Source: an uncultured Gammaproteobacteria bacterium | GTDB lineage: Bacteria > Patescibacteriota > Patescibacteriia > JAHIZJ01 | Assembly (NCBI GenBank): GCA_964371245.1 | Contig: CAYJKP010000001.1 | Span: forward strand, 571,042-635,041 | Direction: 5' to 3' | Length of the DNA: 64,000 nucleotides | In this document: positions 19,414-30,645 of the stretch, piece by piece | How the letters are laid out: every line of letters begins with the position of its first letter | Numbering within the stretch: position 1 is the first letter of the stretch | The notes under the pieces: generated by a model | The model's input: the letters and a program-made list of their open reading frames with translations, nothing else | Database searches by the model: none | Told to the model about the DNA's origin: nothing | Position numbers and translations under genes: made by a program

Positions 19414-22149
19414 CTATAACTGTTCCGCTTTCTCCACCCGGATCGTGCCGCCCGGCTCGAGCACAGCTACGTCACGACGAGTCAGCTTGCCTTGAAGTAA
19501 ATAATTCGCCAAGGCGTTATCAACCTTATTTTGGATGACGCGCCTGAGCGGCCGAGCGCCGAAAGCAGGATCATACCCTTCTTGGACCAATTCCTGGATC
19601 GCCTCGGGCGTGGCCCGGAGCGTAATCCCCTTTTCGATGAGGCGTTTCTGCACTTCAGCCAAAAGCAAAACCGCGACCTGATATAATTCGCTTTCGCTCA
19701 GCGGCGTGAACACCATGATCCCGTCGAACCGGTTGAGAAACTCAGGCCGGAAATATTTACCCAGTTCTTTATTGACCAGTTCGTCCCGGATCTGGATCGC
19801 CGGCGTTTTTTCCCGGACGCGCTGCTGAATCAGCGGCGTGCCGGCATTCGAGGTGGCGATCAAAATGACATTCGTAAAATCGATTGTCCGACCGAGCGAA
19901 TCTGTCAATCGACCATCATCCATGACCTGCAAGAAAACGTTGAGAATGTCCGGATGGGCTTTTTCTATTTCATCCAGCAGCAGCAAGGCAAACGGCGTCC
20001 GGCGGACCGCTTCCGTCAAATAGCCGCCCTCTTCGCCCTTGGTCATGCCCGGCGGCGCGCCGATCAGACGGTCAATACTTTTGCTCTCCTGATATTCAGA
20101 CATGTCGATACGGATCATCGATTTTTCCGAGCCAAAGTGAGCTTCCGCAACGGTTTTCGCCAGTTCGGTTTTCCCGACACCGGTCGGACCGAGGAACAGC
20201 AAATTGACGATTGGCCGTTTCGCATCCCGCAGCTCGGCCCGAGCGCGACGCAGAGCGGACGCGACCATTTTCACCGCTTCATCCTGGCCGATCAAACGCT
20301 GATGCAAACGTTCTTCCAAATGAAGCAGTTTTTCGCTTTCGCGTTCTGAAACCTGGGTCACCGGCACTTTGACGAGCGCGGAAACAACCTGTGCGACATC
20401 CTCGGCGATCACGACCTTCTTTTTTCCGCGCGTCCGACGGACATAGGAAGCCACTTCTTCCAACAGCTGGATCGCTTTTTCGGGAAAGAAACGCTCATGA
20501 ATATAGCGTTTGGCGTGTTTGACGATTGCCGCAATTGCTTTGTACGAAAAATATACTTTTTGCTGAAACTCAACGGCGCCGACGCGCGCCTCGAGCACGT
20601 GGATCGTCTGGGTCTCATCCATCTCCTCAACCGGTATTTTGAACAGAGTTTCACCCAGCGCTGAGTTTTCAACATAGCGGCGGTATTCGATCGCATTCGA
20701 GGTCGCGATGACGATAAACGCTTTTTTCCGCAAATACTCATCAAATACCTCCGAAAGGTCGAGGCCCTCCCCCCGCTCAGTCGTGATGCCGATCATATTG
20801 TGAATATCAAAGAGACAGAGAATAATATTTCCCGCCTTCACAACCTCGGCAAAAATCCGCATCAGCCGTTCCTCAAGCTCGCCCGGTTTTGTGGCCCCGG
20901 CGACCAGAGCGGCCAGACTGATGCTGACTAAACGCTTGTCTTGGAAAATCGGCGGCACGTCTTCGGTGACCATACGCTGCGCCAATCCTTTGATAATTGT
21001 TTTGCGACCGACGCCCGGCTGCCCGACGAGGACCACCCCGTTATTTCCGGCTTCGACGGTTCGGAAGACGGATTCGATTTCCTGCTCCCGGCCGACGCAG
21101 TATTCGAGGTAGCCGGCCCGGGCCAGCTGCGTCAGGTCCTGGCTGAACCGGTCCAAATACGGCGTCATGACAGCGGTCATCGCCCGGTTCATTTCGTTTT
21201 TTGGCTTGAAACGGGCGCGGGAACGGTACCGCCGGTAATACCGGCCGAGGGTATTCTGGAGTGTCAGCCAGGTGGCGACATTGCGGAGATCGTCCATTTC
21301 AATGCCAACGTCGTAGAGTATTTCCTGAGCCTGTTGGCCGGTTTTTGATAAGGCAATAAACAGGTCGGTTATTTCGACCTGGTCAGCTCGGCGACGGTAG
21401 GCTTCTTCGTACGCCGATAAGAGCAGCTGCTGAAACTCAGTCGACAATGGGGGGTTTAATTTCAGCGGCCGGCCTTTTGAAGCTAGACTGCGCTTTACTT
21501 TATCGGCGATGGTTTTCGGGTTGACACCGAGCCGAGCAAATAACACTTGAATAGCTTCCTCGCGCAAACTCATCGCCAGAAGGTGGAGCGGTTCAACAAG
21601 CGGATGATTACACGAGCTCGCGAAATAGACAGCGCTCTGGACGAGCTGGGCCGAATCCGGATGAAATACGTCGGCAACATTGATCCAATCCTTTTTTGGA
21701 ATTCCTAAAATTCTGTTCTCATCCATTTCAATATACTCAGCCGGCGCTGGCGGCTGATGTTGGATCTTCGTTCGGCGCTGCCGCTCCCAGGAAAAACTGA
21801 ACACCAAATACGCGATCATGACCACCGCGATCCAAAATCCGAGAAATTCCGGTTCACGAGCCGTTGCCAAGTCTTGCCAGTGAATTCCCGCCAGCCAGAG
21901 ATCGCGCAGTCTGAGTGCGCCCATGCCAAGGCCGAGAGCAGCGAAGATGATTACAAGAATTCGAAATACGGTACGCCCGATCCGCGTGACATCGCGAACT
22001 AGGTTGTTTAGTTCATCAACCGGCCGTCCCCAGTAGACAACCCGGCCGTTGAACCAGCCGATTATTTTTTCGCTTTGTGAGTTTCTTTGAGGCTCGCCCG
22101 GCTGAGCGAAATACCTCAGCGGCGGGAAAGTCGTTGATCGTTCGATCAT
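19414..22149 (-). CDS. ClpB/ClpC-family AAA+ chaperone ATPase with an N-terminal transmembrane anchor
   Basis: Two Walker A boxes (GQPGVGRKT and GPTGVGKTE), Clp_N repeats and two predicted N-terminal transmembrane helices in a 911-aa protein. Confidence 0.85.
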   Translation of the reverse strand: MIERSTTFPPLRYFAQPGEPQRNSQSEKIIGWFNGRVVYWGRPVDELNNLVRDVTRIGRTVFRILVIIFAALGLGMGALRLRDLWLAGIHWQDLATAREPEFLGFWIAVVMIAYLVFSFSWERQRRTKIQHQPPAPAEYIEMDENRILGIPKKDWINVADVFHPDSAQLVQSAVYFASSCNHPLVEPLHLLAMSLREEAIQVLFARLGVNPKTIADKVKRSLASKGRPLKLNPPLSTEFQQLLLSAYEEAYRRRADQVEITDLFIALSKTGQQAQEILYDVGIEMDDLRNVATWLTLQNTLGRYYRRYRSRARFKPKNEMNRAMTAVMTPYLDRFSQDLTQLARAGYLEYCVGREQEIESVFRTVEAGNNGVVLVGQPGVGRKTIIKGLAQRMVTEDVPPIFQDKRLVSISLAALVAGATKPGELEERLMRIFAEVVKAGNIILCLFDIHNMIGITTERGEGLDLSEVFDEYLRKKAFIVIATSNAIEYRRYVENSALGETLFKIPVEEMDETQTIHVLEARVGAVEFQQKVYFSYKAIAAIVKHAKRYIHERFFPEKAIQLLEEVASYVRRTRGKKKVVIAEDVAQVVSALVKVPVTQVSERESEKLLHLEERLHQRLIGQDEAVKMVASALRRARAELRDAKRPIVNLLFLGPTGVGKTELAKTVAEAHFGSEKSMIRIDMSEYQESKSIDRLIGAPPGMTKGEEGGYLTEAVRRTPFALLLLDEIEKAHPDILNVFLQVMDDGRLTDSLGRTIDFTNVILIATSNAGTPLIQQRVREKTPAIQIRDELVNKELGKYFRPEFLNRFDGIMVFTPLSESELYQVAVLLLAEVQKRLIEKGITLRATPEAIQELVQEGYDPAFGARPLRRVIQNKVDNALANYLLQGKLTRRDVAVLEPGGTIRVEKAEQL

Positions 22150-22511
22150 AATCCGCTGAGATTAGCGACGATAAAATATATTGCCACCGGCAGCCAGCCG
22201 AGCCACAAGATCATCAGGAGCAAAAAGAAAACAAATGACACGGCCATGATAATCATTGACACGCCGAGTTGAAGCAAACGGAAAACAAAGCTGATCATCC
22301 GGCCGCTCTTCGTATAATCGGCATACATGGGCTGGAAAAGGTATTTCAAGAGTATGCCCAGGCCAAGCGCGTGTTCAACGCCGGCCATTTTTCTCAATAC
22401 AAAAGCCGCTGCTTGTTTGGTGCCTTTTGTGTACCACCAGATCGGGAAGTACAAAAAGCTCCAAACAACATCAACGGCAAAGAATTTCAGCGTGGTTAAG
22501 AGAAAACTCAT
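22146..22511 (-). CDS. Small polytopic membrane protein, hypothetical
   Basis: A 121-aa hydrophobic ORF overlaps the clpC-like start by 4 nt. Confidence 0.45.
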   Translation of the reverse strand: MSFLLTTLKFFAVDVVWSFLYFPIWWYTKGTKQAAAFVLRKMAGVEHALGLGILLKYLFQPMYADYTKSGRMISFVFRLLQLGVSMIIMAVSFVFFLLLMILWLGWLPVAIYFIVANLSGL

Positions 22512-22571
22512 ATTTTTGTTTTATAATATAATTATATCACATTTTTTCATTTTTGGCAAATTCCTTACCTC

Positions 22572-22601
22572 AGAAAAAAGCCCACCGTAGGATAGTGGGT
22601 G
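22572..22601 (-). terminator. Terminator hairpin followed by a U-run on the minus strand
   Basis: GCCCACcgtaggataGTGGGTGC is preceded on the plus strand by AAAAAA. It lies downstream of the 22634-22870 ORF. Confidence 0.45.
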
Positions 22602-22633
22602 CGCCTGGCAGCATGTGCCCATGTTCGGGTGAA

Positions 22634-22870
22634 TTACCCGCGACACGCGGCTTCATGCCGACACGTGTTGTAGTAGCTGATACCGAACCCGACGAACGTG
22701 GCTCCCAGCCACCACAACCAGAACTTCAAGGTGAACCAAATGAACGCTGTGAGAAACTGTTTCTCCACCAGGCCCATGAGCGTACCCAGTCCGATGACCG
22801 GCACCAGGCAGATGCAGGCCATCAAAGCCAGGAGTGCTATGAACCAAGGCACGCACACCAGCATGCTCAT
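22634..22870 (-). CDS. Small membrane protein in a GC-rich patch, hypothetical
   Basis: The likely start is MSMLVCVPWFIALLALMA. Two or three transmembrane helices and its own terminator are present. Confidence 0.35.
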   Translation of the reverse strand: MSMLVCVPWFIALLALMACICLVPVIGLGTLMGLVEKQFLTAFIWFTLKFWLWWLGATFVGFGISYYNTCRHEAACRG

Positions 22871-22970
22871 GTCCCCCTCCTTCAGTCTCCGGCCGATCGT
22901 GTATCTCAAGGTTGCGAGACCATGCTTTCGCTGATACAGTAGCAACCTGTTCACCCGGCGTCAAGATCCG

Positions 22971-24101
<1,131 letters not shown>

Positions 24102-24142
24102 TTATTTATCAAAACAAACTATCAAAACTTTTTCATTTTCTT

Positions 24143-24190
24143 CCCTACGGGAGATCTCCCGTAGGGAGAGAATTATTAATTTTGCATTCT
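24143..24190. repeat. Palindromic mini-element, copy A. It has a perfect 24-bp palindrome CCCTACGGGAGATCTCCCGTAGGG followed by agagaattattaattttgcatt.
   Basis: Forty base pairs (24149-24188) are identical to 42782-42821. It lies immediately 3' of gene 24191-26137. Confidence 0.7.
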
Positions 24191-26137
24191 CTAATTGCCT
24201 TGCCCGATCACTTTTCCTTTCCCGCGCCCGACCGGGTCGTTGGTTAGGCTGGTACTCTCGCCGTCCTGACTGAGCGAGAGCGAGGCTTCGGTAAACACAT
24301 CCGTGGCCGCAAACGTGGTTTTATCAATCAGCAGAGCATAATCATTCAACTGATTCCGCGTCGGCGTCAGACTGATGCTGAATTCAGCGGTCACCGGTGG
24401 CGTCTCATGACCGATATAGGCCGGGAGCTTATTTATCCGCCAGGTAACTGAACGTGTTTTGGCGTCAAAAGAAAGCGGTTCGCCGGCCGAGACGCTCCCC
24501 TGCCCAACCCAAGCGACAGTGCCGGGCAGCGATGTCTTCACGACGACCGAGGTAATGTCGTTTGACGTGTTCTTGAGCGACCAGAATATCTTAAAGGTCG
24601 TGCTTTGACCGACAACCGGCGGAAACGGCCCGAGACCAATGACCTCGCCGGCGTCATCATAATACCGCGCCACCACTGAGAGCGTTGGCTGGCTATTTAT
24701 GACGGCGCTGATTGGCGTGCCTTGGGCTGAGAGCGGCAGATTTGCTTCCGGTTGGTCGCCAGTCCGCTGGCCGGCAAAATCAACCTGGGCGCGTATTTCA
24801 AAATTCTTTTGGTTGGCCAGCGCCGCCGGTGGCTCGTGATCAAGACTCACTTCAAAGGCTACATTCACCTTATCCCCCGGTTTCAGGGCTTCAAGTTCCG
24901 AAACCGCATCTTTGTTCCATTGGATAACCAGTCCATCACGGCTGGCTTTGTTTGAATTAACAAGCGTTGACCAGTCGATAAACTCTTCGCTGCTGGTCTG
25001 CCCATTGACGAGATACGTGAGCGTCAGTTTTACTACGCCTTGATCGATTTTTACATCGCCGGCGTTATTCAGTCCAACGGAATATGAAAGCGTATCGCCC
25101 CAGTCGACTGCCTGCGTCTGAGTGTCGGCGTTTAAACTGGTCGTTACCTGGAGCTGCGGCGCAATTAGTAAAATGAGGAACGACTGCTCCGCTTGGATAT
25201 TCTCCGAGCCGTCGCTCTGAACCAAGCCAAATTTGAAATCAAGCTGTTTCTGCGTGCCGGTCTCGCCAACGAATTTGCCGGCGAAGCTGATAGTCTTCTT
25301 TGAACCGGCCGCGAGCGTGCCGACTTGCCAGGTGCCGGTAAGGTCAAGCTCGGGGTTTGACGAACTGAGCGTAAAGCCCTCGGGCCAGCGCGGTGTTATT
25401 TTCAGATTGGTCATATCGCGCGTTGAGGTGTTTTGATATGACAGCTCGTAGCCGACCTCCTGCCCAGCGATAACTTCGCGCGAGCCCTTAAATTCGACTT
25501 CCAAGCTGGTTGACGTGATCACAACCTCCCAATCGATATTTTTCTGGAATTCTGAGTTAAAGTTCGCCGGCCGATATGATACGGTGGCTGAAAATTTCCG
25601 GCTTGTGCCGACTTCACCGACGAGCGTCCCGGTGATTTCGAGGGTTTTTTCATCGCCCGGCAAAAGATCCGCTATTTGCCATTGATTGTGATATTCGGCT
25701 GACGTGCCAATATTCGAGCTCGTGTAGGTAAAACCATCAGGATATGTCACATCAACGACCGATTCGGTTAAGGCTACTGCGCCTTGATTGCGATAGCGTA
25801 ATTTCAAGGTAAAGGCATCGCCCGAGACTGCCTGCGTAGCGCCTGTGTAGGAAAAACCGACTTTTTCTTCTTTGAAGGTGTTCCGTCGGTTAAATACAAA
25901 AAAGCCGACGATTGTCGCACACAGCGCCAAAACTAAAAAAACGATGACGCCGGTAATGATGATTTTTCGCCAATTGCGTGTTTTCCGCTCGAGCTTCGTC
26001 AGATCGGGCTTCGTGCCGTCCTCATCAATGAATATTTCCTTCATGAGCCCTTTGGTCTGACCGTCAATATGTTTCGTAAACTGAAACTCGTTTTCCGCCT
26101 CTGGTTCTTTTGATTCTTTCTTTTTTCCTTTGGCCAT
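24191..26137 (-). CDS. Membrane-anchored cell-surface protein with multiple DUF11/CARDB-like beta-sandwich repeats
   Basis: The likely start is MAKGKKKESK at 26137. A single transmembrane helix is followed by a repetitive extracellular region. Confidence 0.65.
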   Translation of the reverse strand: MAKGKKKESKEPEAENEFQFTKHIDGQTKGLMKEIFIDEDGTKPDLTKLERKTRNWRKIIITGVIVFLVLALCATIVGFFVFNRRNTFKEEKVGFSYTGATQAVSGDAFTLKLRYRNQGAVALTESVVDVTYPDGFTYTSSNIGTSAEYHNQWQIADLLPGDEKTLEITGTLVGEVGTSRKFSATVSYRPANFNSEFQKNIDWEVVITSTSLEVEFKGSREVIAGQEVGYELSYQNTSTRDMTNLKITPRWPEGFTLSSSNPELDLTGTWQVGTLAAGSKKTISFAGKFVGETGTQKQLDFKFGLVQSDGSENIQAEQSFLILLIAPQLQVTTSLNADTQTQAVDWGDTLSYSVGLNNAGDVKIDQGVVKLTLTYLVNGQTSSEEFIDWSTLVNSNKASRDGLVIQWNKDAVSELEALKPGDKVNVAFEVSLDHEPPAALANQKNFEIRAQVDFAGQRTGDQPEANLPLSAQGTPISAVINSQPTLSVVARYYDDAGEVIGLGPFPPVVGQSTTFKIFWSLKNTSNDITSVVVKTSLPGTVAWVGQGSVSAGEPLSFDAKTRSVTWRINKLPAYIGHETPPVTAEFSISLTPTRNQLNDYALLIDKTTFAATDVFTEASLSLSQDGESTSLTNDPVGRGKGKVIGQGN

Positions 26138-26457
26138 AGTTTGGTATTGTAACATTTTTTGCCGAATTTTGGCAAATGAAAAAGGAGGTAGCTCGAGAGC
26201 TCCCCCGCCAGAAAGCCGCCGTTCACGGCCAGACGGAAATGAGCAGCGTGACTGCAATGACTGCCAGGAGACAGAGGCCAAACAGTCGAAGCGCCCGACG
26301 CTGGCCAGCCGTATCCGGACGGCAATCGGTCAGAAGATCGGGTATCTGCCGATCACGCACAGGTATGAATCTCTGCATACGCCCTCCCTGGACTACGCCG
26401 GTACCTGACGATCGCAGAACACGGTGACAAGTGTACTCCTTTTCCAACCCATGTCAA

Positions 26458-27255
26458 CTAGACGGTCGGCTTTCTTCGGAGCAACCACGTCACAAACCGT
26501 TGCGACTGGGGTATATATTCCGTATGATAGGTAACGAATTTATCGGCAAATGTTTTCACCTCGGCAAGTTGATCAACGGTCAGACGTAGTTTGCCGATCG
26601 ACGCGTAAGTCTGGCGCAGAGCGAACCGGAGCGTCCGAATGGCCGCGCCGGATATGGCCTGGTGAGAGCCCAATCGTGCCGACGTTTTTTGGCAGCGCTG
26701 ACAAACGATTCCGCCGAGTGAAAAATAGTACGTGTTTCCGTCGGGCTGAAGTCGTCGCTGGCAGATTACGCAGCGGTGTAAGCTGGGTTGAAAGCCAATC
26801 CGACTCATCAATTTTATGACAAATGCAACCAAGAACAAAAAGCCTCGATAATAATCGCGCTTCTTAGTCACCGCCAACCGCTCAAACTGCTGCCAGGTGG
26901 AATAAGTCAAGTTAAAAATCATCGGATCGCCTTGCCGCACCTGGATAACCCGCTCAAGAAGCTCAGCCGTGTAATCAACCCAGGCCTTTCGGACCAGTGA
27001 TTGCGACAGCGCACTGAAACGGTGGCGCACGGTGCTCGCGGCAACGGTATCGTAATTCTTCCCTTGCGCGATCAATAATTGCGTATGCAAAAAAGGCTCA
27101 AGATGAGCCGCCAGCTTACTCTTTATTTTCGCGGCGCCGCGAGCGATGAGCTCGAGCTTGCCGCGATCAGGCGTCAGAACGACGATCAAGCGGTCAGCCT
27201 CACGAAAAGGTTTCCGGCGCAAGATGAGCGCATCGGTCGAATAGGTTGATGACAT
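26458..27255 (-). CDS. recO: DNA repair protein RecO
   Basis: A 265-aa protein with the RecO N-terminal OB fold and a C-terminal zinc finger (CVICQRR...CQRC). Confidence 0.8.
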   Translation of the reverse strand: MSSTYSTDALILRRKPFREADRLIVVLTPDRGKLELIARGAAKIKSKLAAHLEPFLHTQLLIAQGKNYDTVAASTVRHRFSALSQSLVRKAWVDYTAELLERVIQVRQGDPMIFNLTYSTWQQFERLAVTKKRDYYRGFLFLVAFVIKLMSRIGFQPSLHRCVICQRRLQPDGNTYYFSLGGIVCQRCQKTSARLGSHQAISGAAIRTLRFALRQTYASIGKLRLTVDQLAEVKTFADKFVTYHTEYIPQSQRFVTWLLRRKPTV

Positions 27256-30173
27256 TACCGATTTTTTAGTATGCCAACACGGAACGGCGCGTCGTCGTCT
27301 TTTACCTCGCGGTGTGCGAGCCAGGCGTCGTCCGAACTGACGTCAAACGTTATCTGCGTCGTTATTGTTTCTTGCTGAATGCGCTCAAGGCTGTCCGCCA
27401 ACCATTCGCGCACGCCCGTGCCGGCAAAACCGATTTCGATACGATCGTGCCGCGTTAAGCCGAGTTCTTTGCGCATCGCGTTCACCTGTCGGATAACCTC
27501 ACGCGCCAAACCTTGTCTGGCCAAATTATCGTCAATTGTGGTCTTCAAGGCAATGGCGATTCCGCCGGTTTCCTTCATTTGCCAGTCGCTCCCGCTCGGC
27601 AGCGTCAGGTCGCAGCGGACGCCGAGGACGTTTACTTCGCTTTGCAGGATTTCGGTAAGTTCCGGCAACAGTTCCTTGGCCCGGACAACCAGTTCGGCGA
27701 GCGGCTGGCGGACCTTTATTCCCTTCTCGGAGCGGGCCGCGTGCGCGAGTTCGGCGATTTTTCGGACGGTTTCCATCTCCTTTACAAGCGCCGCATCGGC
27801 CAGCTTCGGATTAAACTCCGGCCAGGCTTCGAGATGGACGCTCTCTTTGCTGCCGCCGATTTCACGATAGATTGCCTCGGCATAAAACGGGATAAACGGC
27901 GCGAGCAGTATGGCTAAGCGCTGAATAACATAGCCCAGCACATGACTTACGTTCGTTGCCTCGGCTGCTTTGAAGCGCTCCCGGCTCCGACGAACGTACC
28001 AAGTCGATAAATCGGAAATGAATCCATTGAGGAGACGGCCGGCTTCGATAATATGGTAGCGATCGAGTTCATCGGTGACGGTCTTTTCAAGCTCGGCCAA
28101 CTCGGCCACGATCCAGCGGTCAAGGACGTGTTTTGATTTTGGGCTGGCCGGTATTTTTTGATCAGGTGCCTGATAGAGTTTATAGAAACTGACGACGTTC
28201 CAGAGCACGATGAAATTTTTCTTGACGATCTCGCGGATGCCCTCCGGGTCGAAGCGCTTGTAGTCGCCGGGCCGATTGACCGTATACAAATACCAACGGA
28301 TCGGATCAATGCCGAACTCGTTGATCGCCTGCCAGGGATCGACGACATTGCCGATGTGCTTGCTCATTTTTACGCCCTTGGCATCGAGCACGTGGCCGAG
28401 GCAAATGACGTTTTTATACGGCGGCTGGTCATAGCCGAGCGCGGTGAAGATCGCCAGCAGCGTGTAAAACCAGCCGCGCGTCTGGTCGATGGCTTCAGCA
28501 ATATACTCGCCCGGGAAACTCAGGCCTTTTTCAATCCGCTCTTTGTTCTCGAACGGATAATGCCATTGCGCGAACGGCATGGAGCCGGAATCAAACCACG
28601 TGTCGGCCACTTCCGGTATCCGCCTCATTCGGCCGTCGCAGTCGCACCGCCAATTCAACGCGTCAACAAACGGCCGATGCGGATCAAATGAGTCTGAAAC
28701 GACGTTTTTATCGCCTGTCTTATCGGCTAATTCTTGATAGCTGCCAATACACTCCCGTTTGCCACAACGGTCGCATTCCCAGATCGGGATCGGCGTACCC
28801 CAATAGCGTTCGCGCGAAATCGCCCAGTCTTTGATCTCGTTCAGCCACTCGCCAAACCGGCCGTACTTGATGTATTCCGGCACCCAGGTAATCTGCTCGT
28901 TGTTTTTCAAAAGCTGTTCGCGCAATTTTGACATGGCAATGAACCAGGAATCCTTGGCGTAGTACAAAAGCGGGCTGTGGCAGCGCCAGCAAAACGGGTA
29001 GTCGTGCTCATACGGCTCTTCTTTAAATAAGAGGTTTCTTTCCTTTAATGAATCAATAATCGCCTGGCTCGTTTTTTCATCCTTCACGTATTGGCCGGCA
29101 AATTCTTTCACGTCTTTCGTAAAATGCCCGTCCGTCGTAACCGTGTGATGTTTGGGTAATCCAACCACCGAGCCCAGCTGGTAATCGTCTTCACCGTACA
29201 TGACCGCAGTGTGAACTACGCCCGTGCCTTCATCGGTAGTGACAAAATCAGCCGCGTAGACTTTAAATGCGTTTTCATATCCCTTTGTATCCTTCGGAAT
29301 CGCCCCAGGAAAAAGCGGTTCATATTCTAGCCCAACAAGATCAGTGCCCTTGATGGTTTCAAACCCATCCATCTTCCCAAGCAAATGTTCGGCTAATGAT
29401 CCTGCCACAATAACCCTTTCACGAGCATGGGTCTCGACAATATAATATTCAACATCTTCGCTGATTGCCAGTGCCACATTTCCTGGCAATGTCCAAGGTG
29501 TTGTCGTCCATGAAAGTATGTAATCGCCTTTCTTAACTTGTCCTTTGTCACTTGTAACTTTAAACTTTACAAAAACCGAGTTCTCGGTAACTTTTTGGTA
29601 ACCTTGCGCGACTTCATGCGATGAGAGCGCGGTTTCGCAGCGCGGACAGTGCGGCACGACCTTGTAATCCTTTGTGAGCAGCTTTTTCTCCCAGAGCTGT
29701 TTGAAAATCCACCAGAGCGATTCGATGTATGGTTTTTCGTACGTAATATAGGGGTGTTCCAAATCAAGCCAATAGCCGATGCGTTCAGTCATCTTTTCCC
29801 ATTCGGCCTTGTATTTCCAGACGCTTTTTCTACATTCATTATTAAATTTTTCGATACCGTAATCCTCAATATCGCGCTTGCCCGAGACGCCGATCTGCTT
29901 TTCGACCTCGAGCTCCACCGGCAGGCCCTGGGTGTCCCAGCCGGCTTTCCGCTCGACGAAAAACCCGCGCATTGTTTTGTAGCGACAGACCACATCCTTG
30001 AATATCCGGGCGAGGACGTGGCCGATGTGCGGCAGGCCGTTGGCCGTCGGCGGGCCTTCGAAAAAAACAAAACGCTTCCCTTTGGCCGTCTGGGTAAGGG
30101 TTTTTTGGAAAACATTGTTTTTCTTCCAGTCAGCGAGAATCGCTTGTTCCAGCTCTGGAAACTTTGGGATCAT
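27255..30173 (-). CDS. ileS: Isoleucyl-tRNA synthetase
   Basis: HIGH (PHIGHV) and KMSKS (KMSKH) motifs in a 972-aa protein with editing and zinc-binding regions. Confidence 0.95.
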   Translation of the reverse strand: MIPKFPELEQAILADWKKNNVFQKTLTQTAKGKRFVFFEGPPTANGLPHIGHVLARIFKDVVCRYKTMRGFFVERKAGWDTQGLPVELEVEKQIGVSGKRDIEDYGIEKFNNECRKSVWKYKAEWEKMTERIGYWLDLEHPYITYEKPYIESLWWIFKQLWEKKLLTKDYKVVPHCPRCETALSSHEVAQGYQKVTENSVFVKFKVTSDKGQVKKGDYILSWTTTPWTLPGNVALAISEDVEYYIVETHARERVIVAGSLAEHLLGKMDGFETIKGTDLVGLEYEPLFPGAIPKDTKGYENAFKVYAADFVTTDEGTGVVHTAVMYGEDDYQLGSVVGLPKHHTVTTDGHFTKDVKEFAGQYVKDEKTSQAIIDSLKERNLLFKEEPYEHDYPFCWRCHSPLLYYAKDSWFIAMSKLREQLLKNNEQITWVPEYIKYGRFGEWLNEIKDWAISRERYWGTPIPIWECDRCGKRECIGSYQELADKTGDKNVVSDSFDPHRPFVDALNWRCDCDGRMRRIPEVADTWFDSGSMPFAQWHYPFENKERIEKGLSFPGEYIAEAIDQTRGWFYTLLAIFTALGYDQPPYKNVICLGHVLDAKGVKMSKHIGNVVDPWQAINEFGIDPIRWYLYTVNRPGDYKRFDPEGIREIVKKNFIVLWNVVSFYKLYQAPDQKIPASPKSKHVLDRWIVAELAELEKTVTDELDRYHIIEAGRLLNGFISDLSTWYVRRSRERFKAAEATNVSHVLGYVIQRLAILLAPFIPFYAEAIYREIGGSKESVHLEAWPEFNPKLADAALVKEMETVRKIAELAHAARSEKGIKVRQPLAELVVRAKELLPELTEILQSEVNVLGVRCDLTLPSGSDWQMKETGGIAIALKTTIDDNLARQGLAREVIRQVNAMRKELGLTRHDRIEIGFAGTGVREWLADSLERIQQETITTQITFDVSSDDAWLAHREVKDDDAPFRVGILKNR

Positions 30174-30261
30174 GGTATCACTGTTGCCTTCAGAATAAAA
30201 AAACTGCGCCCCCCTATTATAGGAAAAAACGCGTCTGCTGGCAAGCCTCTCGATATGTTTG

Positions 30262-30642
30262 TTAGGCCAGCGCTTTTTCTATTTCTTCGATTATCCTTGC
30301 CAGAGAAACTTGCGTCTTGATAAAGTAATCCAACGCGCCCAAGCGCAACGCCTCATTCTTTATCTTTTCGTCGTCAACATTGCTCAGCATGATAACTTTT
30401 GTCGCCTTCGTGCCTGGCTTCGCGCGCAAGGCCCTGAGCACGTCGACGCCGCTCAGTCCGGGCAGTATGCAATCGAGCAGTACAATATCCGGTTTAACCT
30501 TCTGAATCCGTTGGAGTCCAAGTACGCCGTCAATCTCTATTTGAACCTTGTAGCCGCTCTTCTCGAGCTTTTCATGCAGAGTCTTGGCTAAAGTCCGCTC
30601 GTCTTCAAGCACAATAACTGAGGGGCGGGTTCGAGAAGCCAT
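30262..30642 (-). CDS. Stand-alone response-regulator receiver domain protein (CheY-like)
   Basis: A 126-aa protein with receiver-domain Asp/Lys residues. It lies in tandem with a second receiver gene. Confidence 0.8.
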   Translation of the reverse strand: MASRTRPSVIVLEDERTLAKTLHEKLEKSGYKVQIEIDGVLGLQRIQKVKPDIVLLDCILPGLSGVDVLRALRAKPGTKATKVIMLSNVDDEKIKNEALRLGALDYFIKTQVSLARIIEEIEKALA

Positions 30643-30645
30643 ATC

